IMG/VR virus record: IMGVR_UViG_3300037424_000434
Span: 160,001 to 224,000 of that record
Reading direction: 5' to 3' (one strand)
From: a virus
Lineage: Duplodnaviria; Caudoviricetes
DNA length: 64,000 nucleotides
In this document: in pieces, positions 52,714-62,673 of the stretch
How positions within the stretch are numbered: position 1 is the stretch's first letter
Layout: every line of letters starts with the position of its first letter
The notes under the pieces: generated by a model
The model's database searches: none
What the model saw: only the letters and a program-made list of their open reading frames with translations
What the model was told of the DNA's origin: nothing
Position numbers and translations under genes: made by a program

Positions 52714-53172
52714 ATGATGAAAATAGCATTTTATAGGGCCAGCGCCGGTAACATGTTTGATAAAGCCATAAACCTGTGGACAGGCATGTATGGATATTCT
52801 CATGTGGAGTTGGTATTTTCTGATGGAGTAAGCTTTTCCGCTTCATCCAGAGATAATCTAGTGAGATTTGCGCGTATTAATTTTGTTCCAGACAGGTGGG
52901 AGTTTGTTGAACTACCGCTATTTAACAAAATAGACGAGGCAAAAATAAGAGCGCAAGCCGAAAACTTAGCGGGAAGGAAATATGATTGGAAAGGCATTTT
53001 TCTTTGGATGTTTTTGCCTCTCAAAAAACAAGACAATGATAGATGGTGGTGTTCTGAGATTGTTTCTTTTTTATTAAAAGAGTCTAATTATAGAGTACAT
53101 CCAAATAAAATGGCAAAACAGTGGAAGGTTGCTAGACAACCATGGCACATTAGTATATCATTTATGAAATAA
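52714..53172 (+). CDS. Permuted papain-like (YiiX/YaeF-type) protein
   Basis: YSHVELVF ... KYDW ... WWCSEIV; GGAGG RBS. Confidence 0.65.
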   Translation: MMKIAFYRASAGNMFDKAINLWTGMYGYSHVELVFSDGVSFSASSRDNLVRFARINFVPDRWEFVELPLFNKIDEAKIRAQAENLAGRKYDWKGIFLWMFLPLKKQDNDRWWCSEIVSFLLKESNYRVHPNKMAKQWKVARQPWHISISFMK

Positions 53173-53196
53173 TAATGTGATATGTGGGAGGGCTGT

Positions 53197-53655
53197 ATGG
53201 ATATTAGGTCTGACGGGAAATACCCAGCAAATAAATTATCCAATTTTGCTGGACATGGGTTTAACCTTGATGGTGTGGAAATTTCGTCTCTTGAGGGATT
53301 TCTTCAAAGTTTAAAATTTTCTAATCCAGATATGCAAGAAGAGGTGTGTGGGTTGGTTGGGTATGCCGCTAAAATAAAAGGCAAAGACAAGAACTGGCGT
53401 AGACGACAAATATTGTATTGGAGAGGATGTGAAATTAAAAGGAATAGTCAAGTATACCAAGATTTATTGGATCGAGCCTACATGGCATGTGCTACCCAGA
53501 GTGAGGGATTTAGGCGCGCATTGATTGCTTCTGGTACGGGATTGCTGACTCCTTCTATTGGAAGAAGAAAATCCAATGAGACTATCTTGACAACATCAGA
53601 GTTTTGTTCTAGACTCATGAGATTACGTGAGCAAATAAGAAACGGGGAAATATAA
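53197..53655 (+). CDS. NADAR-family hydrolase (T4 gp30.3-like)
   Basis: LSNFA..F.LDG.....EGFLQSLK...LYWRG...FRRALIAS...TILTTSEF. Confidence 0.8.
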   Translation: MDIRSDGKYPANKLSNFAGHGFNLDGVEISSLEGFLQSLKFSNPDMQEEVCGLVGYAAKIKGKDKNWRRRQILYWRGCEIKRNSQVYQDLLDRAYMACATQSEGFRRALIASGTGLLTPSIGRRKSNETILTTSEFCSRLMRLREQIRNGEI

Positions 53656-54395
53656 TGATTGGAATAGAAACTAGACCGGATGATCTGAAAAAGTATTTGG
53701 ATTCTGATTATCCGTTGTTGGACCGATTTAAAGCACTGGCACCGGGAACGTTTAGACATTCCCAAAATGTTGCAGCATTAACAGAAGCGATTGCCTCGGA
53801 CTTGGGGCTGGATGTTACCTTGATGAGAGTGGCAGCCACTTATCATGATATAGGTAAAACCGTTAATCCCATGTATTTTACGGAGAACCAGAACGGGGAA
53901 GCAAACCCCCATGATTTACTTGAACCCTTTGTTTCATATCAATTCATTACCCGCCATGTGGCCGATGGAGTGTTTATCCTGACTAACGAGACCGATATGC
54001 CACGACAGGTTTTGCAGATCATTTCTGAGCACCACGGCGATACTGTGTTGAAAGCTATTTTCAACAAAGCCGTCACCCAGAATATTGATAACTTTCGATA
54101 CAAAGCACCAAAACCATCCAATGAATATTCGAGTATTTTGATGATTGCTGATACAGTAGAAGCAACAGCACGAAGCATTTCGGACAAACTAACAACACCA
54201 GAAGAGAAGATAAGAGTGGTAAAAGACACTATTGAGAGGTTGAGGGATGACAAGCAACTTGATGAAATGAAGGTTGGAACCCTCAGACAGGTGCAAAACA
54301 GGCTCATACGGGAGCTTGATGGAATTTATCATACTCGTATTGATTATGATGGAGAAGTACAAAAAAACCAACTAAAAAGTGAGGTAACAAAGTGA
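53655..54395 (+). CDS. Stand-alone HD phosphohydrolase, PgpH/7TM-HDIG-like
   Basis: APGTFRHS, YHDIGK, YFTENQ..NPHD, EHHG, MIADTVEA; no TM segment. Confidence 0.85.
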   Translation: MIGIETRPDDLKKYLDSDYPLLDRFKALAPGTFRHSQNVAALTEAIASDLGLDVTLMRVAATYHDIGKTVNPMYFTENQNGEANPHDLLEPFVSYQFITRHVADGVFILTNETDMPRQVLQIISEHHGDTVLKAIFNKAVTQNIDNFRYKAPKPSNEYSSILMIADTVEATARSISDKLTTPEEKIRVVKDTIERLRDDKQLDEMKVGTLRQVQNRLIRELDGIYHTRIDYDGEVQKNQLKSEVTK

Positions 54396-54619
54396 TGGAA
54401 TTAGAATATGTGGCTTGTTCAAAATGTGGGCATGATCAGTTTTTGCAACTGACAATGTTTGCCAAAGTACCCGCAGTTCTCAGTCAAACAGGGAAAGCAG
54501 GTATTTCACCCCAACCGGGAAAGATTATCTGTGCAGAGTGTGGCACTGATATTATCGCCCAATTTACAAAGGAAGCAGAGGAAGAATCCACCAAATCAAA
54601 GATTATCTTGACATCCTGA
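54395..54619 (+). CDS. Zinc-finger hypothetical protein
   Basis: CSKCG and CAECG. Confidence 0.6.
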   Translation: MELEYVACSKCGHDQFLQLTMFAKVPAVLSQTGKAGISPQPGKIICAECGTDIIAQFTKEAEEESTKSKIILTS

Positions 54620-54636
54620 CGATTTGGGTGTATGAT
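54608..54636 (+). promoter_or_regulatory. Sigma70 promoter, TTGACA class
   Basis: TTGACA-N17-TATGAT. Confidence 0.75.
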
Positions 54637-54658
54637 ACACTAAAAAAAGGATTATATA

Positions 54659-56470
54659 ATGACACTTATCGAACAATTACAGTGCTATGATGATAGCTAT
54701 GCTCTTGGTGTATCCGAAGTTTCGGATATCGAATATGACAGACTGAAGGCGGTAGCCCGGAAATCTTTCCCCAATGACCCCTATTTCCAGCACGTAGGTG
54801 CAATGGTTCGTGGAGATAAGATCAAACTGCCTTATGTATTGGGTTCGCTGAATAAAACCAAGGCGACCGATGGGTCTTACGATGACTGGATTCGTCAATA
54901 TCAGGATCGCAACGAACTTATGGTGTATTGGGCGAAGCTGGACGGCGTGTCTCTATATGTGGAATATGTTGAAGGAGCGTTTGCCCGAGCAACAACCCGT
55001 GGGGATGGTGAGTACGGGCAGGATGTTACCGAGAAGGCTAGGTTGTTTGTTGCTCCCACAATCCAGCGACGATCAACAGTGTGTCTCAGAGCCGAAGCAT
55101 TATTAACAGGTAATAATCACATATTGATGGGGTATAAAACCCGCAGAAACGGGGTTGCTGGTATGCTCAACTCGGACTCCACGACTAATTGTGAACTAAT
55201 CGAGGTTGTGTATTATGAGCTTATTAGTGATACCACTGGGGTGCCAGAAACCGAATCTGCTAGGATTTCCCGATTGGAAGAGCTTGGTTTGAATGTAGCC
55301 CCTCATTGTGTGATTAGTGCTCAGCCCGTAACATCCGTGGTGGAAATGTTGAGGGAGTGGAAATCAACATCCACCTTCGATATTGACGGGGTTGTTGTTA
55401 CACCAGATCAGAGTGAGCGCGAAGACACTTATTACCCTGATAACAAAATTGCTTTCAAAGTAAATGAGGAAGCAACTATCTGCACGGTTCGTGGTGTTGA
55501 ATGGTCTGTTGGTCGTACAGGTCGAGTTACACCGGTAGTTGTCATTGATCCCATGATTATTGGGGGAGTAACAGTCGAACGCGCAACAGGGTTTAATGCT
55601 GACTTCATTTTTGGTTCGCGAATCGGGGTAGGTGCAAAAATTGGAATATTTAGGAGCGGGGATGTTATTCCTTACATCGATTTTGTTGTAGATCCTGTTC
55701 CGGTTGAATACTTGGATACCTGCCCTTCCTGTGGATCAACACTCCAATATTTGGGTGTTGATGTGGTTTGTGTGTCCGATAATTGTCCCGATAAAAACCT
55801 TGCGGTGATCGAATATTTTCTCCGCACACTCGGATGCGAAAACGTCACAAAGGTGACCTTGAAAAAGCTTGGTGTTGTTTCAATCCGGGCGGCATATGAG
55901 CTGGATGAATGGGATATCGCCGAGTTGCCCGGTTTCGGTATCAAACGAGCGGAACAAATTGTCTCTGAAATACGAAAGACCCTGAAAACCACCCCAGATC
56001 GGTTGCTTGGAAGTTTTGGCATCAGCGGGGTTGGTGTTAACGGTGCTAGAGAGATTCTTAAAAAATATAATTTTGATGATCTTTTTGCGCTTGGTTATGA
56101 CGATTTTGTGTCTATTAATGGGATTGGTGATACTTTGGCAACCAACTTGGTTGAAAGTCTTCCGAGTCGCAGGGGTATATATGAGTATCTTAAAGAAGAA
56201 GGTCTTCAGTGGGCATCTTCCACCAACACCCTGCGAGGCAAGACATTTTGTTTAACGGGGAATGGTACCGTTAAACGTGATGTGTTAATCAAATTAATCG
56301 AACAGAACGGTGGGTATGTGAAAGGCATGAGCAAAAATGTTGATGTTCTGGTTACAGCAGATCCTGCCAGTAATAGCGGAAAGTCAAAAAAAGCCCGTGA
56401 ATACATCGCCCAAGGTGCTACCATTGATATTATTGGATACGATGAGCTTATGTCCATGTTGGAGTATTAA
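54659..56470 (+). CDS. ligA: NAD-dependent DNA ligase
   Basis: AKLDGVS, TRGDGEYGQDVT, DGVV, IAFK, VGRTGRVTP, OB, Zn finger, HhH, BRCT. Confidence 0.95.
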   Translation: MTLIEQLQCYDDSYALGVSEVSDIEYDRLKAVARKSFPNDPYFQHVGAMVRGDKIKLPYVLGSLNKTKATDGSYDDWIRQYQDRNELMVYWAKLDGVSLYVEYVEGAFARATTRGDGEYGQDVTEKARLFVAPTIQRRSTVCLRAEALLTGNNHILMGYKTRRNGVAGMLNSDSTTNCELIEVVYYELISDTTGVPETESARISRLEELGLNVAPHCVISAQPVTSVVEMLREWKSTSTFDIDGVVVTPDQSEREDTYYPDNKIAFKVNEEATICTVRGVEWSVGRTGRVTPVVVIDPMIIGGVTVERATGFNADFIFGSRIGVGAKIGIFRSGDVIPYIDFVVDPVPVEYLDTCPSCGSTLQYLGVDVVCVSDNCPDKNLAVIEYFLRTLGCENVTKVTLKKLGVVSIRAAYELDEWDIAELPGFGIKRAEQIVSEIRKTLKTTPDRLLGSFGISGVGVNGAREILKKYNFDDLFALGYDDFVSINGIGDTLATNLVESLPSRRGIYEYLKEEGLQWASSTNTLRGKTFCLTGNGTVKRDVLIKLIEQNGGYVKGMSKNVDVLVTADPASNSGKSKKAREYIAQGATIDIIGYDELMSMLEY

Positions 56471-56500
56471 GACGAAAGAGTATTAGTCGAGGAATAAGAT

Positions 56501-56866
<366 letters not shown>

Positions 56867-56869
56867 GTT

Positions 56870-57265
56870 GTGGCATCAACCAAATTTTATCATTGTTCAC
56901 CGAAACGATTCAAGAAAGGTGATATATTAGTTTCTCCTTCAGCAGAAGAAGACCACAACTATCCCGGTATGGGATATGCGGGGGTTTTTGTTACCATCTC
57001 ACCCATACCTCACATGACCATTTGGGGTGATATCACCCGTAAATGGCAGGTTTATGAGGTTTCTCCTATTGGTCGCTTGTCCTATGGTATGTGGGGTGAT
57101 ATCATTTGCAAAAGAGCTATAGTATTGTCTCGTGTTGGAAACGCAATGGGAATTATGTCTAATTACAAAAAGACAAAAAAAATCAATGCTCGTGGGGGAT
57201 ATTCGTCGAACAAAGAAGTATATGTCACCCGAAAAGAGTGGGAGAAGATAAAGAAAGAATGGTAA
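56870..57265 (+). CDS. ADP-ribosyltransferase-like (Arr-like) protein
   Basis: FYHCS..FKKGDIL ... VFVT ... WG ... VYEVSPIG resembles the Arr H-Y/S fold pattern. Confidence 0.45.
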   Translation: MASTKFYHCSPKRFKKGDILVSPSAEEDHNYPGMGYAGVFVTISPIPHMTIWGDITRKWQVYEVSPIGRLSYGMWGDIICKRAIVLSRVGNAMGIMSNYKKTKKINARGGYSSNKEVYVTRKEWEKIKKEW

Positions 57266-57777
57266 GAGCACATTTTATAAGTGACCATCATTTATATCAC
57301 GGGAATATATTAAAATACTGTAATAGACCATTTGCCACAATCGAAGAAATGCATGAACATACCATTCAACAGTGGAATGAAGAAGTACCGCCTGATGGAA
57401 TTGTGGTTCATTTGGGTGATTATATTTGTGGCGGTACGTTTGAGCAGGTACAAACGATAACCAAGCAATTGAATGGATTTAAGATACTTGTTACAGGTAA
57501 CCATGATCGGAAAGGCAAGCAGTGGTTTCTTAAAGCAGGATTTGACCGGGTATTTAAATATAAGTGGACCATTGGCATGTATTGTTTCAGTCATAGACGA
57601 ATGAGTGTTGATTGGCTCATAGACAATGACGTGCAATATAACTTGCACGGTCATTGCCATAAGTTCCAGTATGGTGATCCCTATTGGAACTTTGGGGTAG
57701 ATATTATAGGATATAAACCAAAAGAAGTTGAACTAAATTTGTCGAAAGAGGATTTGTTTTATGGCGAAAGTAGATAA
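57259..57777 (+). CDS. Calcineurin-like metallophosphoesterase
   Basis: SDHHLYHGNI, HLGD, GNHD, HGHCH. Confidence 0.9.
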   Translation: MVRAHFISDHHLYHGNILKYCNRPFATIEEMHEHTIQQWNEEVPPDGIVVHLGDYICGGTFEQVQTITKQLNGFKILVTGNHDRKGKQWFLKAGFDRVFKYKWTIGMYCFSHRRMSVDWLIDNDVQYNLHGHCHKFQYGDPYWNFGVDIIGYKPKEVELNLSKEDLFYGESR

Positions 57778-57835
57778 ACTATCCTGTTAACTAACAATAG
57801 ATAAGAAATTGTGGATATAGAAAGGGAGAAATAAT

Positions 57836-58138
57836 ATGGCTAAGATGGATATCAGCGTCACCCGTACCCTAACACTAGGGTTGGGTAATTATGAATCAGC
57901 AAAACCCTCGATTACGTTAACAGTCAAAGATGTAGAAGCGGCGGATGTGGCAGATGCATATTTGGCACTGGATAATGTTATCACGGGATTATTTAAACTT
58001 GAAGTGTTAGCAGTGGTAGAGGAACACTCCAAAATAAAGACTTCAGGGTTGAATGCATATTGTTCAACGGGGGAACAAAACCGAGCTGATATTGGGGCAA
58101 AAATAGAAAATTCGTTGGTTGATTTGGGGAAATTTTAA
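57836..58138 (+). CDS. Hypothetical protein
   Basis: LGLGNYESAKPSITL; GGGAG RBS. Confidence 0.65.
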   Translation: MAKMDISVTRTLTLGLGNYESAKPSITLTVKDVEAADVADAYLALDNVITGLFKLEVLAVVEEHSKIKTSGLNAYCSTGEQNRADIGAKIENSLVDLGKF

Positions 58139-58146
58139 TGCTATCA

Positions 58147-58154
58147 TATAAATA
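58147..58154 (+). promoter_or_regulatory. Late promoter TATAAATA
   Basis: Exact consensus upstream of 58185 RBS. Confidence 0.65.
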
Positions 58155-58184
58155 TTAACATACTATGTTGTTAAGGAGATTGTA

Positions 58185-58463
58185 ATGTCAAAATGTGTGA
58201 AATGTAATAAGTTTCTTCACCCAGATTTGTGTGTGGTGATTGATGAAGATTCTGGTGCATGTAAGTGTGTGTTCTGTTATACTGATAAGAAGACCATCAC
58301 AGTAGAAGACGAAGAGACGGGAAAGATGGAATATCAGTTATCCAAAGAGGATGCGGTAGAGAATTACCGTATATATACATTGGATCTCATGAACAGCGAA
58401 AAGGTGGCAAAAGTGTTGGCGGGTACAAGTAAACTCCCCCCAAAACAAAAAACACAAAAATAG
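58185..58463 (+). CDS. Zn-binding hypothetical protein
   Basis: CVKC ... CVFC; AAGGAG RBS. Confidence 0.65.
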   Translation: MSKCVKCNKFLHPDLCVVIDEDSGACKCVFCYTDKKTITVEDEETGKMEYQLSKEDAVENYRIYTLDLMNSEKVAKVLAGTSKLPPKQKTQK

Positions 58464-58484
58464 AAAGATGAAAGGAGAAATGTT

Positions 58485-59024
58485 ATGTCTGAAGTAGTGG
58501 TTGTTTTAAATGCTGACTACTCATTCCTGTCCGTAACCTCATGGAAGAACGCGGTGTGTCTTTTGATTGAGGGAAAAGCGGAGGCCTTAAGAGAGACAAA
58601 ACAAATCGTCCGAAACGCTACCCGAAGTGTTGTAGTCACAGTTCCAACAGTTATAAGGCTAGTAAAGTTTATTCGTTCGATTTTTAAGTCAAAGGTTCCT
58701 TACTCAAAGCGGAATGTGTTTGCGCGTGATAACCAAACATGTGGGTATTGTGGGCGAAAGATCGAAAATCTAGAGGAATGTACGGTGGATCACGTTATAC
58801 CGAGAGCACAGGGCGGGAAATCTTCATGGGGAAATTGCGTGACTTCGTGCAAGACATGTAACCATGCTAAAGCAGACCGTACACCAACTCAGGCCCATAT
58901 GAGTTTGAGATTTAAGCCATATCAACCAACTATCAACGAGCATATACAGTATTATACTGAGCGATACGGGATAGATAAGCTTATCCAGCAAATATTCAAG
59001 GAGCAATATAATTGTTCTGATTGA
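58485..59024 (+). CDS. HNH endonuclease (HNH_5/McrA-like)
   Basis: VLNADY, RNVFARD..CGYCG, TVDHVIPRAQGG.SSWGNCVTSC..CN. Confidence 0.92.
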   Translation: MSEVVVVLNADYSFLSVTSWKNAVCLLIEGKAEALRETKQIVRNATRSVVVTVPTVIRLVKFIRSIFKSKVPYSKRNVFARDNQTCGYCGRKIENLEECTVDHVIPRAQGGKSSWGNCVTSCKTCNHAKADRTPTQAHMSLRFKPYQPTINEHIQYYTERYGIDKLIQQIFKEQYNCSD

Positions 59025-59049
59025 CAAAAGGGGAAAAACCCCCCTTTTG
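59025..59049 (+). terminator. Intrinsic terminator
   Basis: caaaagggg / ccccttttg. Confidence 0.75.
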
Positions 59050-59050
59050 G

Positions 59051-59079
59051 TTTACATTCCATCAGAAGCGGGATATAAT
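59051..59079 (+). promoter_or_regulatory. Sigma70-type promoter, GTTTACA class
   Basis: TTTACA-N17-TATAAT. Confidence 0.8.
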
Positions 59080-59115
59080 CATATATGGCATGTTTTGTGG
59101 AAAGGAATCCTCTAG

Positions 59116-59430
59116 ATGGTGCTAAGTAAATTTGAGACGTTATTGTTGACCAATGTTGGGACAATAACAAAAAAGTGGTTATGCTGGTTGTTTGGGCGAT
59201 TTTTTATACCAACAGAAAAACTACCGAGAAAAATAACACAAGACATACGCATTCTGTTCTTTGATAGCGACGAAGAATGTGGGTATTTTGATGATAATCA
59301 ACTATTAATGCTTGGACTTGATATAGGAGCAATCAACGATGACAGCCGATACTGGAACTATTCTCCCGGAAATAGACTCTCTCCTCGAAGTGCCGGACGA
59401 CCAAGAACCGCAAATGATCCCTCCATTTGA
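59116..59430 (+). CDS. Hypothetical protein
   Basis: 104 aa, AAGGA RBS. Confidence 0.45.
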   Translation: MVLSKFETLLLTNVGTITKKWLCWLFGRFFIPTEKLPRKITQDIRILFFDSDEECGYFDDNQLLMLGLDIGAINDDSRYWNYSPGNRLSPRSAGRPRTANDPSI

Positions 59431-59674
59431 TGATTGTGTCGATGGGTTATCTACAGAACAGCTACAGATGCTCGGAGTTGAGGAATATAGTGAGGAATAT
59501 AGTGGGGAAACAGTAAACCCCCCCAACGCGTGGATAACCTTGATGAGACGTGGGTTGGTGGACACAACGAGTGGATATCTGGTGGATTCTGATATCCTAG
59601 ACGAGTGGGTGAATATGAATAGACTGATATCTGGCACCGAACATGAGACACAGGAGATACCAGATGATAACTGA
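59339..59674 (+). CDS. Acidic hypothetical protein
   Basis: 111 aa; start could be 59414. Confidence 0.5.
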   Translation: MTADTGTILPEIDSLLEVPDDQEPQMIPPFDDCVDGLSTEQLQMLGVEEYSEEYSGETVNPPNAWITLMRRGLVDTTSGYLVDSDILDEWVNMNRLISGTEHETQEIPDDN

Positions 59675-60302
59675 TTTGGATGTATATGTAGCCTATAAAA
59701 CAGCGGAAGCCGCCGCGAAAGGTCGAACCGGTTTTAGGTTACCCAAAGATTGGGATGTATATAAGACCGAAAAAATGAACAAGTTTGCATATGATCAGTT
59801 ATACAAATTAATGGTTCATTTCAATACATCCATGCGCAACGTTGATATGGCAAAATTTATGTCATGTGGGTTTGAGATATGGAAAAGTTTCTCTTATCAA
59901 CACTTTTTTGAGAAACCTGTGTTGAATTTGTATATGCAATACGATAAACAAAAGAAACGTCGAATCATGTCCGATACGGCAGAAGTAGATAAAAGCTTCG
60001 CCTACATTGCTGACTTTTTGAAAACCAAACCCATTCGAGAAGGATATAATCAGTTACAGAATTTTTGTAAATTCAGGGACGGTGAGATTAGAACCATCAT
60101 AAACCTGTATGTACAAGACAAAATTGACACCATTACATTGGTGTATTGTCTGAAGAAAAGATATATTGTTCTGTCTGATGATGAGAGAGCGATAACCCCT
60201 TATATTTCTCAGAGATATAGGGATTTGTGTGACAACCTTGTGGAGATGCAAGATTACATGGATCAAAAGGAGAGAGAATTAGATGAGTACAAAGATCAGT
60301 GA
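59664..60302 (+). CDS. Helicase loader gp59-like
   Basis: Position upstream of gp32 as in T4; size ~212 aa; CAGGAG RBS. Confidence 0.55.
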   Translation: MITDLDVYVAYKTAEAAAKGRTGFRLPKDWDVYKTEKMNKFAYDQLYKLMVHFNTSMRNVDMAKFMSCGFEIWKSFSYQHFFEKPVLNLYMQYDKQKKRRIMSDTAEVDKSFAYIADFLKTKPIREGYNQLQNFCKFRDGEIRTIINLYVQDKIDTITLVYCLKKRYIVLSDDERAITPYISQRYRDLCDNLVEMQDYMDQKERELDEYKDQ

Positions 60303-60432
60303 TACCCCATATCTAGAAACCCCCGTACCTCAGAAGACAACCAAAGAGCAAATGATTTATGGTGCAGGGGAAACGTTACAAGAAAAAGAACAAGAATCAA
60401 GGGAAAAGAAGAAAAGAATGCTCAATGAGTGA
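60283..60432 (+). CDS. 49-aa hypothetical protein
   Basis: MSTKISDTPYLETPVP...; AAGGAG RBS. Confidence 0.5.
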   Translation: MSTKISDTPYLETPVPQKTTKEQMIYGAGETLQEKEQESREKKKRMLNE

Positions 60433-60463
60433 AGAAAAACCATAAATAGTAGTACACCGTTGG

Positions 60464-60492
60464 TTTACAAAAGAGTTTGATTACAGTATACT
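60464..60492 (+). promoter_or_regulatory. Sigma70-type promoter, GTTTACA class (gp32)
   Basis: TTTACA-N17-TATACT; CATAAATA late-like site at 60441. Confidence 0.75.
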
Positions 60493-60570
60493 TCAGTACA
60501 TACAATTCAGGGTTGACCTGAAAATAAAACAAACAGTAACTTCAGTAAAGACAGTTACGCAGGAGACAGA

Positions 60571-61539
60571 ATGAGTAAGTGGTTAAGAAAAGACGATTAT
60601 GACATGTTCGCTGGCAATAAAGCAAAAGAAAAAGAAAAAGCTTCAAGTGATACGGTAGGCGGTTTTTACAAGAAATGGAAAAACCCCCAGATGGGAACTC
60701 AAGAAAAGGCTAAAGAGTATAAAATTCGCCTCCTTCCCGATCCCCAAAAAGGCTACTACAAAAGTTACCTTTACCACGGGTTTATGAGCGGAGAATCTTT
60801 CCACTATTTTTTGTGCGAAAAAACATTTGATATGGATTCGTATTGTCCCTTTTGTGATGCGACAAAAATTTTATATCAAGGAAGTGATTCCGATAAGCGC
60901 AAAGCAGGAGAGTACAAGCGCAAAGAGCGTTTCGTCACAAATGCATACATTGTGGACGATCCACGTGACGTGGAAACCAAAGACGAGCAATACAAGGTGA
61001 GCGGTACTGTTCGCTTGTATGAGTTCCCCGGCACGGTTGAGTCAAAAATTTCCAACGAAATTACTGACAAAGAGCAAGGTTATGGTATTGGTATTTTCGA
61101 TCCAGAAAAAGGATACGACTTTATCCTAAAAATTAAAGCAAAGCCAAAGGACAAAAATGGAAAAGAGTGGCCGGATTATGGCGATTCCATGTTTGCCCGC
61201 CAACCGAGTCCAATCAATTCAGACGATGCGGTGGTTGATAAAGTGATGAACGAAAGGGTTGATCTCGAAGAGTACATCAAGTCTTTGCGTAAAAACCCGG
61301 AAGAGATGGAAAAACTTCTGAAAGCAGAAATGCTTTGGGATGATGTTGGTCACACTTTCGAGAAACGGGTTAAGGGTGCCATGTCAACACAAGCGCCGGT
61401 TGTAGAAACAACGGCAGCTACTCAATCACGGGAGACACGGGAAGCGGCCCCATCGGCCCCTGCCCCACAGGCACCTGTTATTGCGGTTGAAACCGATGAT
61501 GACACTGATGCACTGTTAGCAGAATTAAGCGACATGTGA
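60571..61539 (+). CDS. gp32: Single-stranded DNA-binding protein gp32
   Basis: IRLLPD, HGF, C..CPFC Zn site, NAYIVDDP, IFDP..GYDF.LK, acidic tail DDDTDALLAEL. Confidence 0.93.
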   Translation: MSKWLRKDDYDMFAGNKAKEKEKASSDTVGGFYKKWKNPQMGTQEKAKEYKIRLLPDPQKGYYKSYLYHGFMSGESFHYFLCEKTFDMDSYCPFCDATKILYQGSDSDKRKAGEYKRKERFVTNAYIVDDPRDVETKDEQYKVSGTVRLYEFPGTVESKISNEITDKEQGYGIGIFDPEKGYDFILKIKAKPKDKNGKEWPDYGDSMFARQPSPINSDDAVVDKVMNERVDLEEYIKSLRKNPEEMEKLLKAEMLWDDVGHTFEKRVKGAMSTQAPVVETTAATQSRETREAAPSAPAPQAPVIAVETDDDTDALLAELSDM

Positions 61540-61561
61540 AAATATTCAGCATTAAGTAATG

Positions 61562-61600
61562 AAAAGGGTTCTTTGGTATAAATACTGAAGAACCCTTTTT
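61562..61600 (+). terminator. Terminator hairpin with late promoter TATAAATA (61577-84) at its tip
   Basis: aaaagggttctt / aagaaccctttt plus T-run. Confidence 0.8.
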
Positions 61601-61615
61601 TCCCTTGGAGCTATC

Positions 61616-62143
61616 ATGAAATATCATACATATTTAAACGAAATATCTAATACGGTGGCATATTGGATATCACCAACAGGCAAAGCAATCAACGTTGGCA
61701 CCAATCATGTTACCGCTATTATAAAAAACCCCAAAACTTTTGGGATGACATCTGACCATGTTAAAGCAATATTTGACAAATTTAACGAACCAATTGGGCA
61801 AGAAGGGAAAGCCCGAGAAGAACTAATATTGGAATTGGTTAATAAGGGATGGATAAGAATACGGAGATATAGAAACGAGGGGTATTCTGTAACGATTGGC
61901 TCGATGACAAAAAAAGTCAAAGATATTCTTTTTTCGTGGGCTGATACAATGCTAAATACAGGTGTGAATGGTAACAAAGAAACCGACAAATATATACCTG
62001 TTAAGATAATTGGATTTAAAGATCATTATACACGTAACCTAACAATATTTGATTTGGCCAATGATGCCTTATATGAGGGAAAGGAGTTTTTTGACATAAA
62101 AAACAAAATAGTGGAGAATTGTGATGAAGATTTTGAGATGTAA
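61616..62143 (+). CDS. Hypothetical protein
   Basis: 175 aa, YWISPTG..H motif, GGAG RBS. Confidence 0.65.
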   Translation: MKYHTYLNEISNTVAYWISPTGKAINVGTNHVTAIIKNPKTFGMTSDHVKAIFDKFNEPIGQEGKAREELILELVNKGWIRIRRYRNEGYSVTIGSMTKKVKDILFSWADTMLNTGVNGNKETDKYIPVKIIGFKDHYTRNLTIFDLANDALYEGKEFFDIKNKIVENCDEDFEM

Positions 62144-62145
62144 TA

Positions 62146-62673
62146 ATGGGTAAGGGTGGAGATTGGGAAAGAGAGATTTCTAAAACTCTTACCACGTGGC
62201 TAACAGGAGCACCCAAACCATATGTGTGGTGGAGGATGCCGAGCAGTGGTGCTATGGCAACCATATCCGAAGAAAATAAAGAATTGTCAGGTGATATAAT
62301 GCCACTTCGACCAGAAGGAGCCTTTTTGACGGATAAGTATAGTATAGAAGCCAAGGTTGGGTATCCTAATTCATCCTTTCACAAACATTTAAAAGGGGTC
62401 AAAAATGACGAAATCAAAGATTTTTGGGAACAATGTTGTCGGGACGCTATCAAAGCATCAAAAAAACCCCTGCTGATATACAAAAAACTGAGGTGTAATG
62501 CTTTGATAGGGATTGAGATGGGGGACTTCAGGGATCAACTTTTGGGGTTACCTCGGGTATGTATGCGGTTCTCGGAGGAACAGACCAATGAAGTTGATCT
62601 ACCAGAGGTCGCGTTTTATGATATGACAGCTTTCTTGGAAGCGATTAAACCGGACGACATAAGGAATATTTAA
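62146..62673 (+). CDS. Holliday junction resolvase-like PD-(D/E)XK nuclease
   Basis: KGGDWEREI..SGA..GDI..SIEAK. Confidence 0.75.
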   Translation: MGKGGDWEREISKTLTTWLTGAPKPYVWWRMPSSGAMATISEENKELSGDIMPLRPEGAFLTDKYSIEAKVGYPNSSFHKHLKGVKNDEIKDFWEQCCRDAIKASKKPLLIYKKLRCNALIGIEMGDFRDQLLGLPRVCMRFSEEQTNEVDLPEVAFYDMTAFLEAIKPDDIRNI

